A DNA stretch of 64,000 nucleotides, from NCBI GenBank assembly GCA_964016885.1, contig OZ024743.1, positions 29,388,001 through 29,452,000 on the forward strand, read 5' to 3'. Both the position numbers and the translations under genes were made by a program. The DNA is from Eledone cirrhosa. Its lineage: Eukaryota. Positions 29,367 through 44,286 of this stretch are shown here, one piece after another; the first letter of the stretch is position 1; every line of letters starts with the position of its first letter. A model generated the notes under the pieces. It saw only the letters and a program-made list of their open reading frames with translations, had not been told where the DNA came from and ran no database searches.

Positions 29367-30147
29367 ATAAGAGAGAGAGAGAGAGAGAGGAAGCGGTGAG
29401 GGAACCCAACAAAGAATGAGATGGATAAAAATGGACAGGCAAAAAGAAACTGACAGACTAAAAAGAGACATAGAAGGAAAGTGAGTTGCTAAAGCTGTAA
29501 CAAAAAGAACATTAGCGACATCAAACAATAAAATGGCTGAATTCGTTGTGAGAAGAAGGATATTAAAATACTACGAATGTTTTGCTGACTTACAGAAGAT
29601 ATACTACAATCACATGTCTTGTTGTTGTATCCTGTGTGTGTAGGTTACAAGTTCAATCGGAATACTTTCCACTGACTTAACATGATGTTAAATTACGTTC
29701 GCTAGTAGTGTAGCTGACATGGAGACAATTGAAGCGATCCATGACATGTTTTCACAGGAGCTTAGAACGTAATAGGTAAACACGACTGAACAACGTCAGC
29801 TTGCGTTTATGTAAATCGATACATATATACAAAGACACATACAAAGATATTGTATTTGTTGGACCTCCAGCTGTTTCGAGGAAGAACATTTCAGTTGTTC
29901 GAACAACGGAATAGTTGTCTGCTGGATGTATCAGCGTGTTAGATGACAGAGCATTCAACAGATTATACACCATTAACGTAGTTCACGTGGAGATACACAG
30001 TGACACGGTGTATAATATAGGTGCAACTCTTGCTGAAGGACACAATATGGCACTGGAAAGCAAACTTACATCCTTACTATCGTGATCCAAGCACCCTAAA
30101 CACTAAGTGATTGAACATTCCATGAACAAGGGTAGTCCTGACGTAAT

Positions 30148-30535
30148 TCAGGTACTGCTGCACGTCGGGCTGAGGAGGCCAAACTCTCCAAGTACCGGTC
30201 GCTCTACGACAGGTTCGTGATCATATCCTTGGCAGTAGAGATTTCTGGTGTCCTTTTCCCTAGGGCTACCTCCCTATTCACCACCAAAGGCGCTGAGCTA
30301 GCCAGCCGCAAGTGTGAGGTTCGCTAGTTGGAATGGCCCTTCCAACATCTCCTTTACCATCCTCCGGGGAAACTCCTTCTCCATTCTGTCCGCCGGGGCT
30401 GTGGAGAGGCCAGCACGTGGTACCCCATTTGCTCACCATACGGATTAATAGGCAAAGTTATAAACTATTGTAAATAAACCTATTTGATTGTTAGAAAAAT
30501 AAATAAATAAAATAACGGTGTAATTAAAAAATAAA
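30148..30535 (+). mobile_element. 3' end of a CRE-like non-LTR element (restriction-like endonuclease tail)
   Basis: Hand translation: SGTAARRAEEAKLSKYRSLYDRFVIISLAVEISGV...LEWPFQHL/ILRGNSFSIL, matching the CRE-type A-E-x-x-K-x-x-KY...AVETxG...FQRLS...RGN pattern; A-rich tail follows. Confidence 0.7.
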
Positions 30536-32134
30536 AATTCTCCAATCGAATAAGCTTGACAAAAAATGTGACAATCTTGTAGCTCTGAAATGGAGATGCA
30601 ATCTATTCGACGTGTTGCCTCAGAGATTCTTTCTATACAATTTCACTCGCAAGGTTTGACATCTACCCAATAGGCCACACAGTGGGATCTAACTCGAGGC
30701 CTAATGATTATGAAGTGAACTCTATAACAATTCGGCCCAGTTGTGTCTATATATATATGGATAAATATTTGCATACTTGTTGCAATATTGATTTCCGTTT
30801 ATTCCAGATTAATAGATATATTGGAATGCTTTACAATACTTGTTTCAACACTGCGATCTGAGTTCAAATCCTATCGTGGGGTCAATATTGCTTTTCATTT
30901 ATTTGATGTCGATAAATAGACCTGCAGTGTTATTGATTCAACATATTTTTCTCTCTCTTCTCTCTCTGATTCTATTTTTGGAAGAAGCCGTCTGTGTTCA
31001 GACATCATGTGGGAGGGGATCTACTTAGCTTCAAATGCTCAGGTCACGCCGTTTATCGAGATCCACGCCAGTTATATGAGTCGCATATGGGACGATATTG
31101 CTCTTACATACATAGGAAAATTAATTAAATTGATATGTCATTCTAAACCTGTATTAACGAATAATAGCGAATTGGCAGAGTCGTTAGAGAATTGGTATAA
31201 ATGATAGGATATTTGTCTTGGTTCTGTACGCACTAAGATCAAATTCTGCCGGGGAGATCCTTGCTTTTCAAATGTTTTGGATCAGTAAACAAAGAACCAG
31301 CTCATGAATGTTGATAGAATTGTTAATGAGCTGCAGAGGATGCCATAGGGTATCTGCTCCGGTATTTTGCATTGTGATGTAAAATCCTTCATCCTTCTGT
31401 CAGGAGTTGTTACTGCCAGATGGTATTAGCAATGGACAAATGGAAACATAGTTCCATTTGTTCAATCCTTTCTTTCTCTTTCTCATCAAGTAAAACACCA
31501 ACCTTATTTTCTTCTCTATTTCCAAAGCATCGGATCTTCGTAAATAGCTATCTGTGCAGTGATTCATCTCTATAAATTCAGACCACCAGACAGTTGTTCG
31601 CACTTTGGAACAGCCTGCAAGTGAAACTAATCTGCAATTGAGCATTCCACTGACATTAGATTCCCTTAAATTAGATTCAGCTTCATACAGTGTGTGGCAA
31701 AGCTAGCTTTTTGAATTAGAGCTACGGTTCATATTTACTAGCTGAGTGAACTGGAGCAGCTTGAAATTGTGTACAAAATGCAATTTCGAGAATCGAACTA
31801 ACGGCCTTTCGATCCCAAACCAAACACCACTCTCATCACCAAGTTATGTGCCTCACATTCTGCATAAACAACCACCACGATGTACTCAAAAGATTCTCCA
31901 CACTTGTAGTCGTCATTCCTAGACTCCATAGTAAACATTTTCCAACAATTTATCCACACAGCCAGCCTTCTCGTATTTCCGCTCTAACACGCTTTAACCC
32001 TTTCTCTATAGTTATCGATCTTCTGAAGTTGAAACTGATCATCAACCGCATCGATATTATTAGTGTGGGAGAGCTTTCTTGAAAAGAAAACATGTATAAT
32101 TCTCTCTCAAACTCACTATGTCCCTTTCATTCTC

Positions 32135-33300
<1,166 letters not shown>

Positions 33301-34528
33301 AATCTTATTATATATGATGTATGTATATCCAGTTTCAATACTCCTTCATTCATTGCACGGTTCATAATCCAAAAAGAATGCAGAGAAATAAAGTTAACCT
33401 CCAAAATATTATTTCCTATTGGACACTGGATTCTAGTCATCACTACTTTTATTCTTGTACTGGTTTCAGTTGTTCGGCTGAGGCCATGCTACTGCACCAA
33501 CTTCAATGGTTTCAGGTCGATTTTATCGAATCCAGTATTTGTAGACTGCTACTAATTTATTCGGAAAGATGGAGCGAACGTTGATCTGGATAGGATTTGA
33601 TGTTAGAACATAAAAAAGAATGTAATCAATTACCAAAACCTTCGATGTTTTAGCGATTCTCCTACGCATTGGTTATATTTGTAACGTCATAACACTTCTA
33701 AGTTAAGGGGTCGATTTATGCGTTGAGGCGTTTATGTGTTGGATAAGTGTTCCAGTGCAGTGAGCTTTAAGTTCAAATGTGTCCGAGATCCACTTTGTTT
33801 TTTGTCCTTTCGGTTTCGTTGAAGAAAGAACTAACCCAATGATAGTGCAACCTTCTAAATGAGACATTCTGGATGTTTCGCTGGATAAACGGAGGGAAAG
33901 TGAAGACTGTGTCTACTCGCGACTGCCTAGACACCCAAAACCCTTAGTGATAGCATGGCACATATTATTAAGTCATATTGAGTTGTAAGTAACGGCAGTA
34001 TTTTTTAAAGACATGTCGTGGCTTGATCTGCTATAAATAGCGGCCATTTCTTCATCACAATTGCTCATAAACAACAAATATAACATCACCACGTTATATT
34101 TTAGATAACGTGTGCGTTTCTACATGCCATACTACGAATAATACGAATCCAAAACCGGTTCCATTTAGAAGTAGGAACTGCGCTAACGTATAGCTCATTA
34201 TCTTGAAGTTCAATATTCAAACATTAAATTATTCCGTCTTTTGATGAATAAAGAAAACAATCTCTGAAACCTACTTTGATTTTCCTACTTTATAAATATA
34301 TAACTTTTTGATTTCACTCAAGAGATATTTTCTATTGTTATATCTAGAATGATGCAGAACTTTAACCCGGATTAAATCGGATTGAATTTCTATTATACTA
34401 CCACTAAAATAGAGGCAACATTATCAGTTTATTCTGCGATGTCAAATGTCAAACTATTTCTTCTTAATTTACATATATACACCTACAGATAAAAAAAAAA
34501 CATATTCTAAAACGCCACACACATACAC

Positions 34529-34566
<38 letters not shown>

Positions 34567-36499
34567 AATGCACATGTACATTCACAAAATATATACACAC
34601 AAGACAACATTTATCATAACTATCAGACATTGACTACCATGACTGAATTTTGTTATGAAACGTATATTTACTATCTTAATTCTTTCAGAAATATCTGACA
34701 TACTTTACGGTGCAGAAACATAGTCAACATTTTGTTACTTGATGAAAATCTATGTCCGAAACGTCAACCGTTCAACTCTTCTTTGTTTCTCAGAGAGCGT
34801 ATGTTATTTACGTATTTATATTCCTGGCATCATTTGGATTATTATCTGTATACTCATGTTAATTTTATCATATTAATTGCAGTAAACTTTCAAAATCTTA
34901 TGAGAGATATTTATGCCAAAAACACTCACAAAGAAACGATATAAATAAAGGACTAATACTTGTCTAATTATTACAGAAAGTAAACAACACAACTCTAAGC
35001 ATGCTTCAGTTGCAATAGACATTCTCAGCTGAATATATAACCTCCAACATTGGCTCTAGCTGGGAATAAGAGAATCAATACAGAGATGTAAAAGAAAATG
35101 TACCAAATTTGACACAATTTATATCTTGTTAAGATATGGGCAAAAACAAGGCAACCAAAAGCAAAGTAACAGAAGCAACGAAGAAGAGCACACAGTCAGT
35201 GTAATTATGTTGTAAAGAGAAGGTAAGATATAACGTTACAAGTTTTGGACAGCTGTCCCGCATCAAGCCAGAAAGAAATGAAAGAAAATCATTGAATTGA
35301 AAAACATGTAGTTCGGCATGGTAGACAGACATCTAGTAGATGAAATAATTACTTTTAGCTCAGGATATCAAACGGGAGATAAGAATGTGTATAGTGAAAT
35401 AAAGTTACATCAATCTGAAATATATTTAGGTATGTGAGACAAGAGTATAAGAATATATAGAAAGAACATATGAGTGTGTACGACGAATGTGTATTCAAAA
35501 GTATGTGTCTAAATAAATGTATGATAATTGTATTGTGAATGCGTGGAGTAAGGCCTCATTGGATGGTGTGAGGAATGTCCCATAATGTGGCTGTGTGAAA
35601 TATAGGTATTAAATTGTATGTATACATATATATATATATGTGTGTGTATAGCTAAAAAGGAAAATCAGAAGCTGTGTTTAAGCAGAAGTTTGCAAGCAGG
35701 ATGCAACTGGAATTGGTCTGAAGAAGTGAAATGATAATACACTGGCCTTACTTATGTGTTCTTGTTGTGTCGGATATCCAACAAATATTTCTGAAAACGA
35801 TCAGCCAGCAATCAACCGCCAAGTTATTCCCTATATAGAATAGGCCATATTTAATTAATTAAATCATATTTTCAAGGGTGCTACCATGAGAAGATGACCC
35901 AGCTCGGTGTAAAGTGCCTAGGTCACACACCACTCCTCTCAACTCATTCACCTCCTCCACCGCAGCTTTAATAGAAACGGATTTTGTGATTCAATCACAT
36001 CAGATAGCGAGATTGGATTCTAAACCTATCAGCCTTCTTCTGATTATTGAGTGATCAACCTAGCACATTTCTGCACCAGCTCCTGCCTATCTTGTTTTCG
36101 CGGACAACCCATCACCTGTAGGCTGACCATAGACCGCACTACGTGTACCTATAAACATATTTTCTCTATTTCATATATATATACAGTGCTAATTTACTAC
36201 ACTATTTACATACATACACACACTTCGCATCGTTACTTCACTTAATACCTCTATATTCTCTTACATTTGCCATACATACTTACATGTACATCAAACATAA
36301 TTCGTTTAATTACATGTTCTCATGTTATCTGTGAACGAATGTTTAAGAAAACCGATTTATAATAATTAGGTCCCGGATTCAATCTCACTTGACATGTTGA
36401 GGAAGTGTCATTTATGATAGCCTCAGGTCGAACTATACCTTGTGAGTGGTTTTGGAACCAGACTGAAAAGCTGCCGTGTGGACTGTGCATGTAAGTCAA

Positions 36500-36668
36500 A
36501 TGTTTAGCCTTGTCATATAGTGTTACACTGTGTTTACCTGAGAATTATATTAAGGCTACACATGTCTGTGGAATGTTCAGGAATGTACACGATCATTTTA
36601 TATGCAGGTTGTTCCATTAATCGAACAACTGGAACAAATTCATAATCGAAACCGACGGAAGTTCATTC
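36500..36668 (+). mobile_element. Interspersed repeat (SINE tail-like)
   Basis: ctgagaat...ttaagg.tacacatgtctgtggaatg.tcag; related copies near 18020-18140 (+), 40330-40440 (-) and 44770-44880 (-). Confidence 0.55.
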
Positions 36669-37109
36669 CATTTATCATATCCTCCACGTTTTTTTTTTCT
36701 GACAGCCAGCTCACTGTTCAATGCTGAAATAATTTACTCTATTCAAGTTTTGTCTGCCATTCAATTCTGTTGAATCTTTGACCTAACATCGTGATTCTTT
36801 CCTGCCACTTTTCTTTCTCTTTTCCTTCCTTCTGTCTGAAAAAGGACAACTGCACAAAACTTCGAAATTTCCTTCCTCTTTTTTTTATCAGATCTTAATT
36901 AAATTAAATTTCTACTCTTGTTCATTGTTTCCATTATTTAAATTTGTTTTTCACTCGTGTCTTAACTACGATTATTGTACAGGAGAAGACGTGAAAATCA
37001 ATATTTGAGAAAATAAATTATGAAAGTAAACACGCAGGATAGCTATTTTACCGTTCTATTCATGTATGCATGTATGTATATATATATGTATGTATGTGTG
37101 TATGTATGT

Positions 37110-37950
37110 ATGTTCTTCTGGTTTTATAATTTCACAAATTTTTACCAATAGAGAAAGAGTCGGTTTCTAACATAAACACAAGACTCTCTCATTTGAATTT
37201 ACACAACATCAACCAGGTAGATTATGTATATATGCATGCATGTGTAGACATGGATGTTATTGTATGTGTATGTTTTGAGTTGTATGTGTGCATGTGTATA
37301 TGCTTTATACCTGTACATGTGTATATGCAGTTATTAGAGGCAACATTTTTGGAATGTTTTACATATTTTTACTGTTCCATTAATGAATTGTACTTGTAAT
37401 TTCCTAACTAGTTGTGCTCCTTCTGTTCTTGTGAAGCCTAGCATCTCAAGATTTGTATTGAGGCAGTTACTAACATACCCCAGTGCCCCAATAATAACAG
37501 GCTTAATGTATTATGTATGTATGTGTGTATGTATGTTATGTATGTATATATGTTATGTATGTATGCATGTAAATATGTTCTGGTTTTATAATTTCACAAA
37601 TGTTTGCCAATAGAGAGAGAGTCGGTTTCTAACATAGACACAAGACTCTCTCATTGGAATTTACACAACATCAACTAGGTAGATATGTATGTATGTCTGC
37701 ATAGATATGGATGTTATTGTATGTGTGGATGTGTATGTTTTGAGTTGTATGTGTGCATGTGTATATGCTCGGTATCTGTACACATTTTTGGAATGTTTTA
37801 CATATTTTACTGTTCCAGTATTGTACTTGTAATTTCCTAACTAGTTGTGTTCTTTCTGTTCCTGTGAAGCCCAGCTTCTGAAGATTTGTATTGAAGCAGT
37901 TACTAACATACCCCAGTGCCCCAATGATCACAGGCATAAATCTGAAGGTA
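37110..37950 (-). mobile_element. Two tandem 3' ends of an R4/Dong-like non-LTR element within (TACA)n
   Basis: PVIIGALGYVSNCFNTNLQKLG...VRKLQVQ...KICKTF resembles the R4-clade C-terminus; units about 37110-37505 and 37575-37950. Confidence 0.75.
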
Positions 37951-38282
37951 ATGTATGTATGTATGTATGTATGTATGTATGTATGTATGTATGTATGTAT
38001 GTATGTATGTATGTATGTATGTATGTATGAATATATGCATGTATGAATGTATGTATGTATGTATGTATGTATGTATGTATGTATGTATGAATGTATGCAT
38101 GAATGTGTGTATGTATGTGTGTGTATTTATGTGTGTATGTATGTACGTATATTTGTATGTACGCATGTTTATATGTACGTATGTTTGTATGCATGTAAAT
38201 GTATGTATATAAATACATATGTTTCTCTCTATACATATATAAATATACACAGACATCTATCTGTAAATATTTATCGCTTACA

Positions 38283-38362
<80 letters not shown>

Positions 38363-38399
38363 CCTCCTCCTCTCTCTCTATCTCTCTAGCTCTCGTCTA

Positions 38400-38437
<38 letters not shown>

Positions 38438-38440
38438 CAT
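37951..38440. repeat. (TATG)n, (TC)n and (TA)n microsatellites
   Basis: Directly visible. Confidence 0.95.
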
Positions 38441-38933
38441 GTAAATATGTAGGCAAATATGAAAATACGGCCTGCAATTGTCCTTTCATGTAAACAAAAC
38501 ATATTCAGAAAATCAAAGCAAAGATCGAACCCAAGCCAGATCTAAGCGTCTGTGTAATCTAAGCGTCTGTGCTTCACCTCTGACGTGATCCATGTTTCCC
38601 TATGTATATTACAGTTTTATTGGTTTAATTATGTCTTTTCTGGGCTATCTTCTTCAAAGCTTTAATCAGTAGTATAGAGTTCAATTTGGTACGTAATGTC
38701 AATAACTCTAACTCCAGTTAGTAAAACCATTGTAAGCAAATGCACACATACACCACACAGACACACACACATATATATATATATACGGATGTGTATATGT
38801 GTGAGTGTGTGTATGTGTGTGTGTGTGCATGTTTATTTCCACAGACACTCAGATAAGTACTAAAAAATGGACATACACCCAAACATACACATATATACAT
38901 ACACACAAACTATATATATATACATACATGCAT

Positions 38934-38970
<37 letters not shown>

Positions 38971-39088
38971 GCGAGAGAAGGTAAGTGAGAAAGAGAGTGA
39001 CAGAGAGATATAGATAGAGAGATAGAGAGCGAGGGAGAGAGAGAGGGAGAGGGAGTAAGAGAGAGAGAGAGAGAAGGAGAGAGGGAGA

Positions 39089-39153
<65 letters not shown>

Positions 39154-39529
39154 GATATATTTGTATTGGGGTAATAAATCATAGTATAATGTGCTAATTA
39201 TTTTTAAAATTTCCCAGATGAAAACAATAGATATTAAAACCAAGTGGAAACAGGAGAACTTATAAATACTCACCAATTCGCTACAAAACGAGTAAGTGCT
39301 ACAGATAGCTGAAATACATCATCCAATAGAAAATAACATTTTGACGATAAAATCTATTTATATTCAGTCAATTTATCTTATGGACCGCACAAACGTGGTG
39401 TGTGTATGTGTGTATGTGTGTATGTGTGTGTGTGTGTGTGTGCGTGTGTGTGAGTATGTGTGTATGTATATATGTGTTTGTATGTATGTATTTATGTATG
39501 TATATATAAATGTTCTTCTTTTTGGTAAA

Positions 39530-39820
39530 TATCATCTTGGTTAAGAGAGTGGGACTGGCTTTGTGCAGAGCCTTTGCTCACTATAAAAGCTTCACGGCAC
39601 AGGCATTGCTTTATATCTGGAGATCTCTCTGCACTTGTCGTCACATGGTACCATGGGCCCATCACTATGTGTCAATAATTGCCACAAGTGTAGTGTTTGT
39701 ACCAGAGTTTTCAAGTCGCTGGCTGGACTAAAAAGTCACACTCGTTCAGCGTATCGGTAGGGGTTCGCCTACATGGATATAAAGTAGTTGCCGTACTTGA
39801 AAACGAGTTGGCAGCCACCA
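39530..39820 (+). mobile_element. RTE 3' end with terminal C2H2-like finger
   Basis: tgtagtgtttgtaccagagttttcaagtcgctggctggactaaaaagtcacactcgt translates to [19 protein letters not shown]. Confidence 0.65.
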
Positions 39821-39866
39821 TATATAAATGTGAGTATGTGTGTATGTATGTGTATATATATGTATG

Positions 39867-39918
<52 letters not shown>

Positions 39919-41203
39919 AAAGTATGTATGTGTGTATATATATATGTGTGTATGTATGTAAGTATGTATGTATCTATTTAATGTATGTGGGTATGTATGT
40001 ATGTTCGTATGTGAGTATGTGTGTATGTATGTATGTGTGTGTATGTATGCATGAATGTATGTATGTATATATGTATGAATGTATGTTGTATGCATGTATG
40101 TCGTATATATGTATGTATATATGTATTTATGTTTGTATGTCTTTATGCATGTATGTATTTCGTATGTATATATATATGTATATATGTATGTGAGTGTATA
40201 TATATGTATGTATGTATAGATGGATGACTGGATAGATATATTTTTCCTCACTACATCATTAGATATAACTTAATAGATAAAGAGTGTCCAACACTTTAAA
40301 ATAATGTAATCTAATATAATGTACAGTAACTGGACCATCCGTCGTTTCGACGGCGCAAATATCTTTTGTTCGATTAACTGAATTGCCTTCCCATTGAATT
40401 AGAGTGTATCTGTGTGTTTATTCCATAGACACATCATGCAGATAGAGAAAAATAGATTTCGTAACAATGATAATTCTTTGAATAACAGACAAAATCCATC
40501 AGGCAGGTCTCCACAGCTTACGTTAACCTGGTTGTTATCTAGTAGAAAGATATATGACAGAACTGAAAAGCGAGCAACTGGAGACCGATTACTATAATAG
40601 AAAACGATACAATAAATAATATCTTTATATGAAAGCCGATCTCATTGTCATGCTAACATGGGACAAATATTTGAAATTTTTATCCATATTATTCGTTTAA
40701 AATCTAAAGTTTTATGATATAGATATATGTTTCCAACTTGCAAACTTTCGTGGTTAAAAAAAGTAAGTAGGAAAGCTGTTTGAAAAAAGAACCAGAATCT
40801 CCTTTTGACAGAATATCAACATAAGATGATTTATTTTACATATATTTGTTCAAGCATGGTTAATATTACTTCAACTTAACTTAATATTGTTATGTTAGTT
40901 TTTATTTTAATACGTTGTATGTATATTTACATAAACAAATTATTTCTGTACCACATCCACGCTCATGGTGTCCATCTCTCTCTCTCTCTCTCGCTCTCGC
41001 TTGATGAGCAAACTTGCTCCATTTAGCTACACGGAAGTATAAAGACTACACGTGACGGATCTTTGCTACTGCATCGCATGCTCTGACTGGCGAACCGCCT
41101 GTAACTATATATAACAAATATATATATATATGTATATATATATTTCGTTTCTGAATTTGTTTAGCAAGATTCTTTATCTGAAATCGTGTGTTGAAACCGA
41201 TAT

Positions 41204-41559
41204 TGTTATACTTTGGGAGGGTCATGTTGCCAATAAGAAACACACGCACCAGTTGCTTTCACTTCAATTTATTATATATTTATAAATTTATAAATTTACA
41301 AATCTACAAACTTATAAATTTCTGGTTGGTTGGTTGGTTCCACAACCAGATAGTTGTTTATATATAGAGGTCACAGAGTGTGTGACGAAAGGACTATGAC
41401 TATATATAAACAACTATCTGGTTGTGGAACCAACCAACCAACCAGAAATTCATAAGTTTGTAGATTTGTAAATTTATAAATTTATAAATATATAATAAAT
41501 TGAAGTGAAAGCATCTGGTGCGTGTGTTTCTTATTGGCAACATGACCCTTCCAAAGTAT

Positions 41560-41563
<4 letters not shown>
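41204..41563. mobile_element. Fold-back element with ~164-bp near-perfect arms and a 32-nt spacer
   Basis: TGTTATACTTTGG...CCAAAGTATAACA termini; arms 41204-41367 and 41400-41563; a third short terminus copy near 41713-41750. Confidence 0.8.
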
Positions 41564-41625
<62 letters not shown>

Positions 41626-42397
41626 GTGAGTTTTTTTTTACAAAATGAAAAATAACCGAGGTGTCCTCCACGAGTGAAAGTATAAAGAAAAATAGATGAT
41701 ATATATATATATTGTTATATTTTGGGAGGGTCATGTTGCCAATAAGAAATATATTAGTAAAAAGGAAAAGAAAATGCTGACTAATTTTTCCCAGTGAAAA
41801 TAGTTTAATTAGGAATAAATATAAATTAGTAATAAGTATTAGTTAGTATTCAGTTTTAGTTTTAAGTTTTTACCGGTTGCGCATTTCTTATGTTTTTCAA
41901 AAATGATTTTGAGATAGAGTGCTCGTGATTTTTGCTCTAATCTGATCAGTTTTTGCAAATTCTTCCTATTTTATGTGAAAAAAGTGGCTTGGGAGGCATT
42001 AAGATTTGGTTGGTTGTTGAATATCACGTGAATAAGCACTATACATTTCGCTCCAATTCGTGTTGCAGAAAGTCTTGTAGTCAAAACAATTTTGATTGGT
42101 CGGTAGAAGTAATGTGAATGTTTAAATTAATTTTTGCGCGAGCTGGTTTCACGCCAAATGTAGGTTTGTCGAAGAGTGCCCTTTTCCGCTTGATTGAGAA
42201 CCGTTCAGATGTCTATTAAGACAAATATGTGCGTGCGTGTGTATGTGTGTGTGTAGCAAGTGGTTCATTGTTGTGATAATGGAAATGAATCCGTCAGTAG
42301 GAATGTGTTTGTACGTGTGTGTGTGTGTGGGGGGGGGTTATTTTAACATGTTGAAACATATTTTTCAGCTCTTGTCTTATACGGATAAGTGTGTGTA

Positions 42398-42435
<38 letters not shown>

Positions 42436-42925
42436 TGTGTGTGTATGTTAGTGTTCGCGTGTGCATGCGCGCACGCGCGCGTGTGTGGATGGACCAGTAT
42501 TTTTGTGGTACTGGAAAAATGGCGTACATTATTCGATATTTTCACTCATTTGCAAAAACGATTCTCTCAAAAGAAGATCAATAACACCAATAATAAAAGA
42601 GGTGAACTGATGTATAGTATTGTCATAACAACAAGGCGTGTGTGAGTCCAGATTGTACGTACTGCAAGGGGAATACATTAGGCCCTGCCGTATGGTATAC
42701 TTGTGTACAAATATGTATGCACCCATCATTGTGCAATACATGTGTACACGTCGGCACGTGTATATCTATAAACATCAACAGGTATGCGAATTTATGTATA
42801 GTTGTGTTGCACCTTAGAACATGTGTGTTTACGTATGTCATTGTGTTTATATGTGGATAGAAATGTATGTAAGATGTATGCTGATGTAGGTATGTATGTC
42901 AACGTGTGTATGTTGTGGGTTCGTC

Positions 42926-43645
42926 TTAGGAAGAAGTGTTTAGACGGGGTCCATATTTGTTAATACAGTGAGATTCCTCGCTGATGCGATGGGTGTGGGT
43001 GGCATTATCTTTAAATTTGTAGAATGGAAATATTCTAAAAGTGGGATGATTTTGGGCGGCACTCAGTGCTATTTTTCTGAATTCCCGTATTTTGATTTGG
43101 GTTCTATGGACAGTCATGCGTTGGCGGAGGCTGTTTTTGGTCTGGCCTATGTATTGTTCTCGACTACCTGAGCAAGTTAATACATATATTAGGTTTTCTG
43201 ACGTTGTCCTTGTTTAAAATAGAATTCCGAACCCTCTATGAGGTTGATGCATATACCACAGTTGGGTCTATCGCATTTTTTTACTGTGGGTTTCGTTGTT
43301 GTGGTTGGCAGTAATTTGGCATGTGTTAGGATGTTTTTCATTGACTTAGATTGTCTTTTGCTCTTTATGATATCATGTGTTCGAAGGATTTGGTTCATTT
43401 TATGGTCCTTTTATAATACAGGGATGTTATGGAGGATGGTGGGGGTTGTGTGTGGAGATGTATGGAAGAGCTTTTAATTACGGTTGATTAACTTTAGGGT
43501 GTCTAAGGTCCTGGGTACTGAGTTTTAGGGCACGTTGGATTCCATTGTCAATTAGTGAGGCAGGGTAGTCCCTGCTTATGAGTGTGTCCTTTAGTTCTTG
43601 TAGACGTAAGTAACACGTGTTTTTATTGGAAACTATAGTGCACAT
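42926..43645 (-). mobile_element. Penelope-like element 3' portion (Cys linker plus GIY-YIG), degenerate
   Basis: KCDRPNCGIC, YVLTCSG..EQYIGQTKNSLRQRMTVHRTQI, FRIFPFYK, EESHCINKYGPRLN. Confidence 0.85.
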
Positions 43646-44094
43646 ATATATAATGAAAAGTGAGCGAGAGAGATATAAAGAGAGATGGGGAGAGAGAGAG
43701 AGAGAGAGAGCAAGGTGGAGAGAGACAGAGAGAGAGAGGTGGGAAGAGAACTAGAAAGAATGATATGTATATAGATATGTACGGGTGTATCTGAGTGTGT
43801 ATGCGTGTCTATGTGTGTAAATAAATATATAAATATTATTTCAGATTACAACAGTAATATTAGACAAATAAACTCAAACGGGTTCTGTTATAATTCCTGT
43901 GTATTCAATTTCTCTTGCGTAATTTCCTGCAAATGTATCTCGAGTGTCTCAGACATTCATATTTACAATACCAAATATTATGCAGCATTTACAATATTAA
44001 TGTTAAATACTGGAGGTGGAGGGAACTAGTGATGGATTGCGTCGGCAAACACCTTTGAATAAAGTTAAAAGGCAATATATTTGTAAGACGTGTA

Positions 44095-44286
44095 AGGGCG
44101 GTGGATTGGCAGTACCGTTAGAGGGTCAGACGCAATGCTTGACATCATGGAGTTACGGACCTTTACAATCTGAGTTCAAATCCCGCCGAGGTTAACTTTG
44201 CCTTTCATCCTTACGGGGTCGATAAAATAAAGTACCAGTAATGCACTGGGATAATTGCTGGCCTTGTGCCAAAAGTAGAAACAATA
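44095..44286 (+). mobile_element. Full-length tRNA-derived SINE with apparent target-site duplication
   Basis: A and B boxes plus central domain; caatatatttgtaagacgt occurs on both sides (about 44073-44091 and 44282-44300, one TA unit different). Confidence 0.88.

Noticed and set aside
41368-41399. Hammerhead in the spacer of the 41.2-kb fold-back
   Set aside because: A hairpin and GAAA are present, but there is no CUGANGA and no stem I or III.
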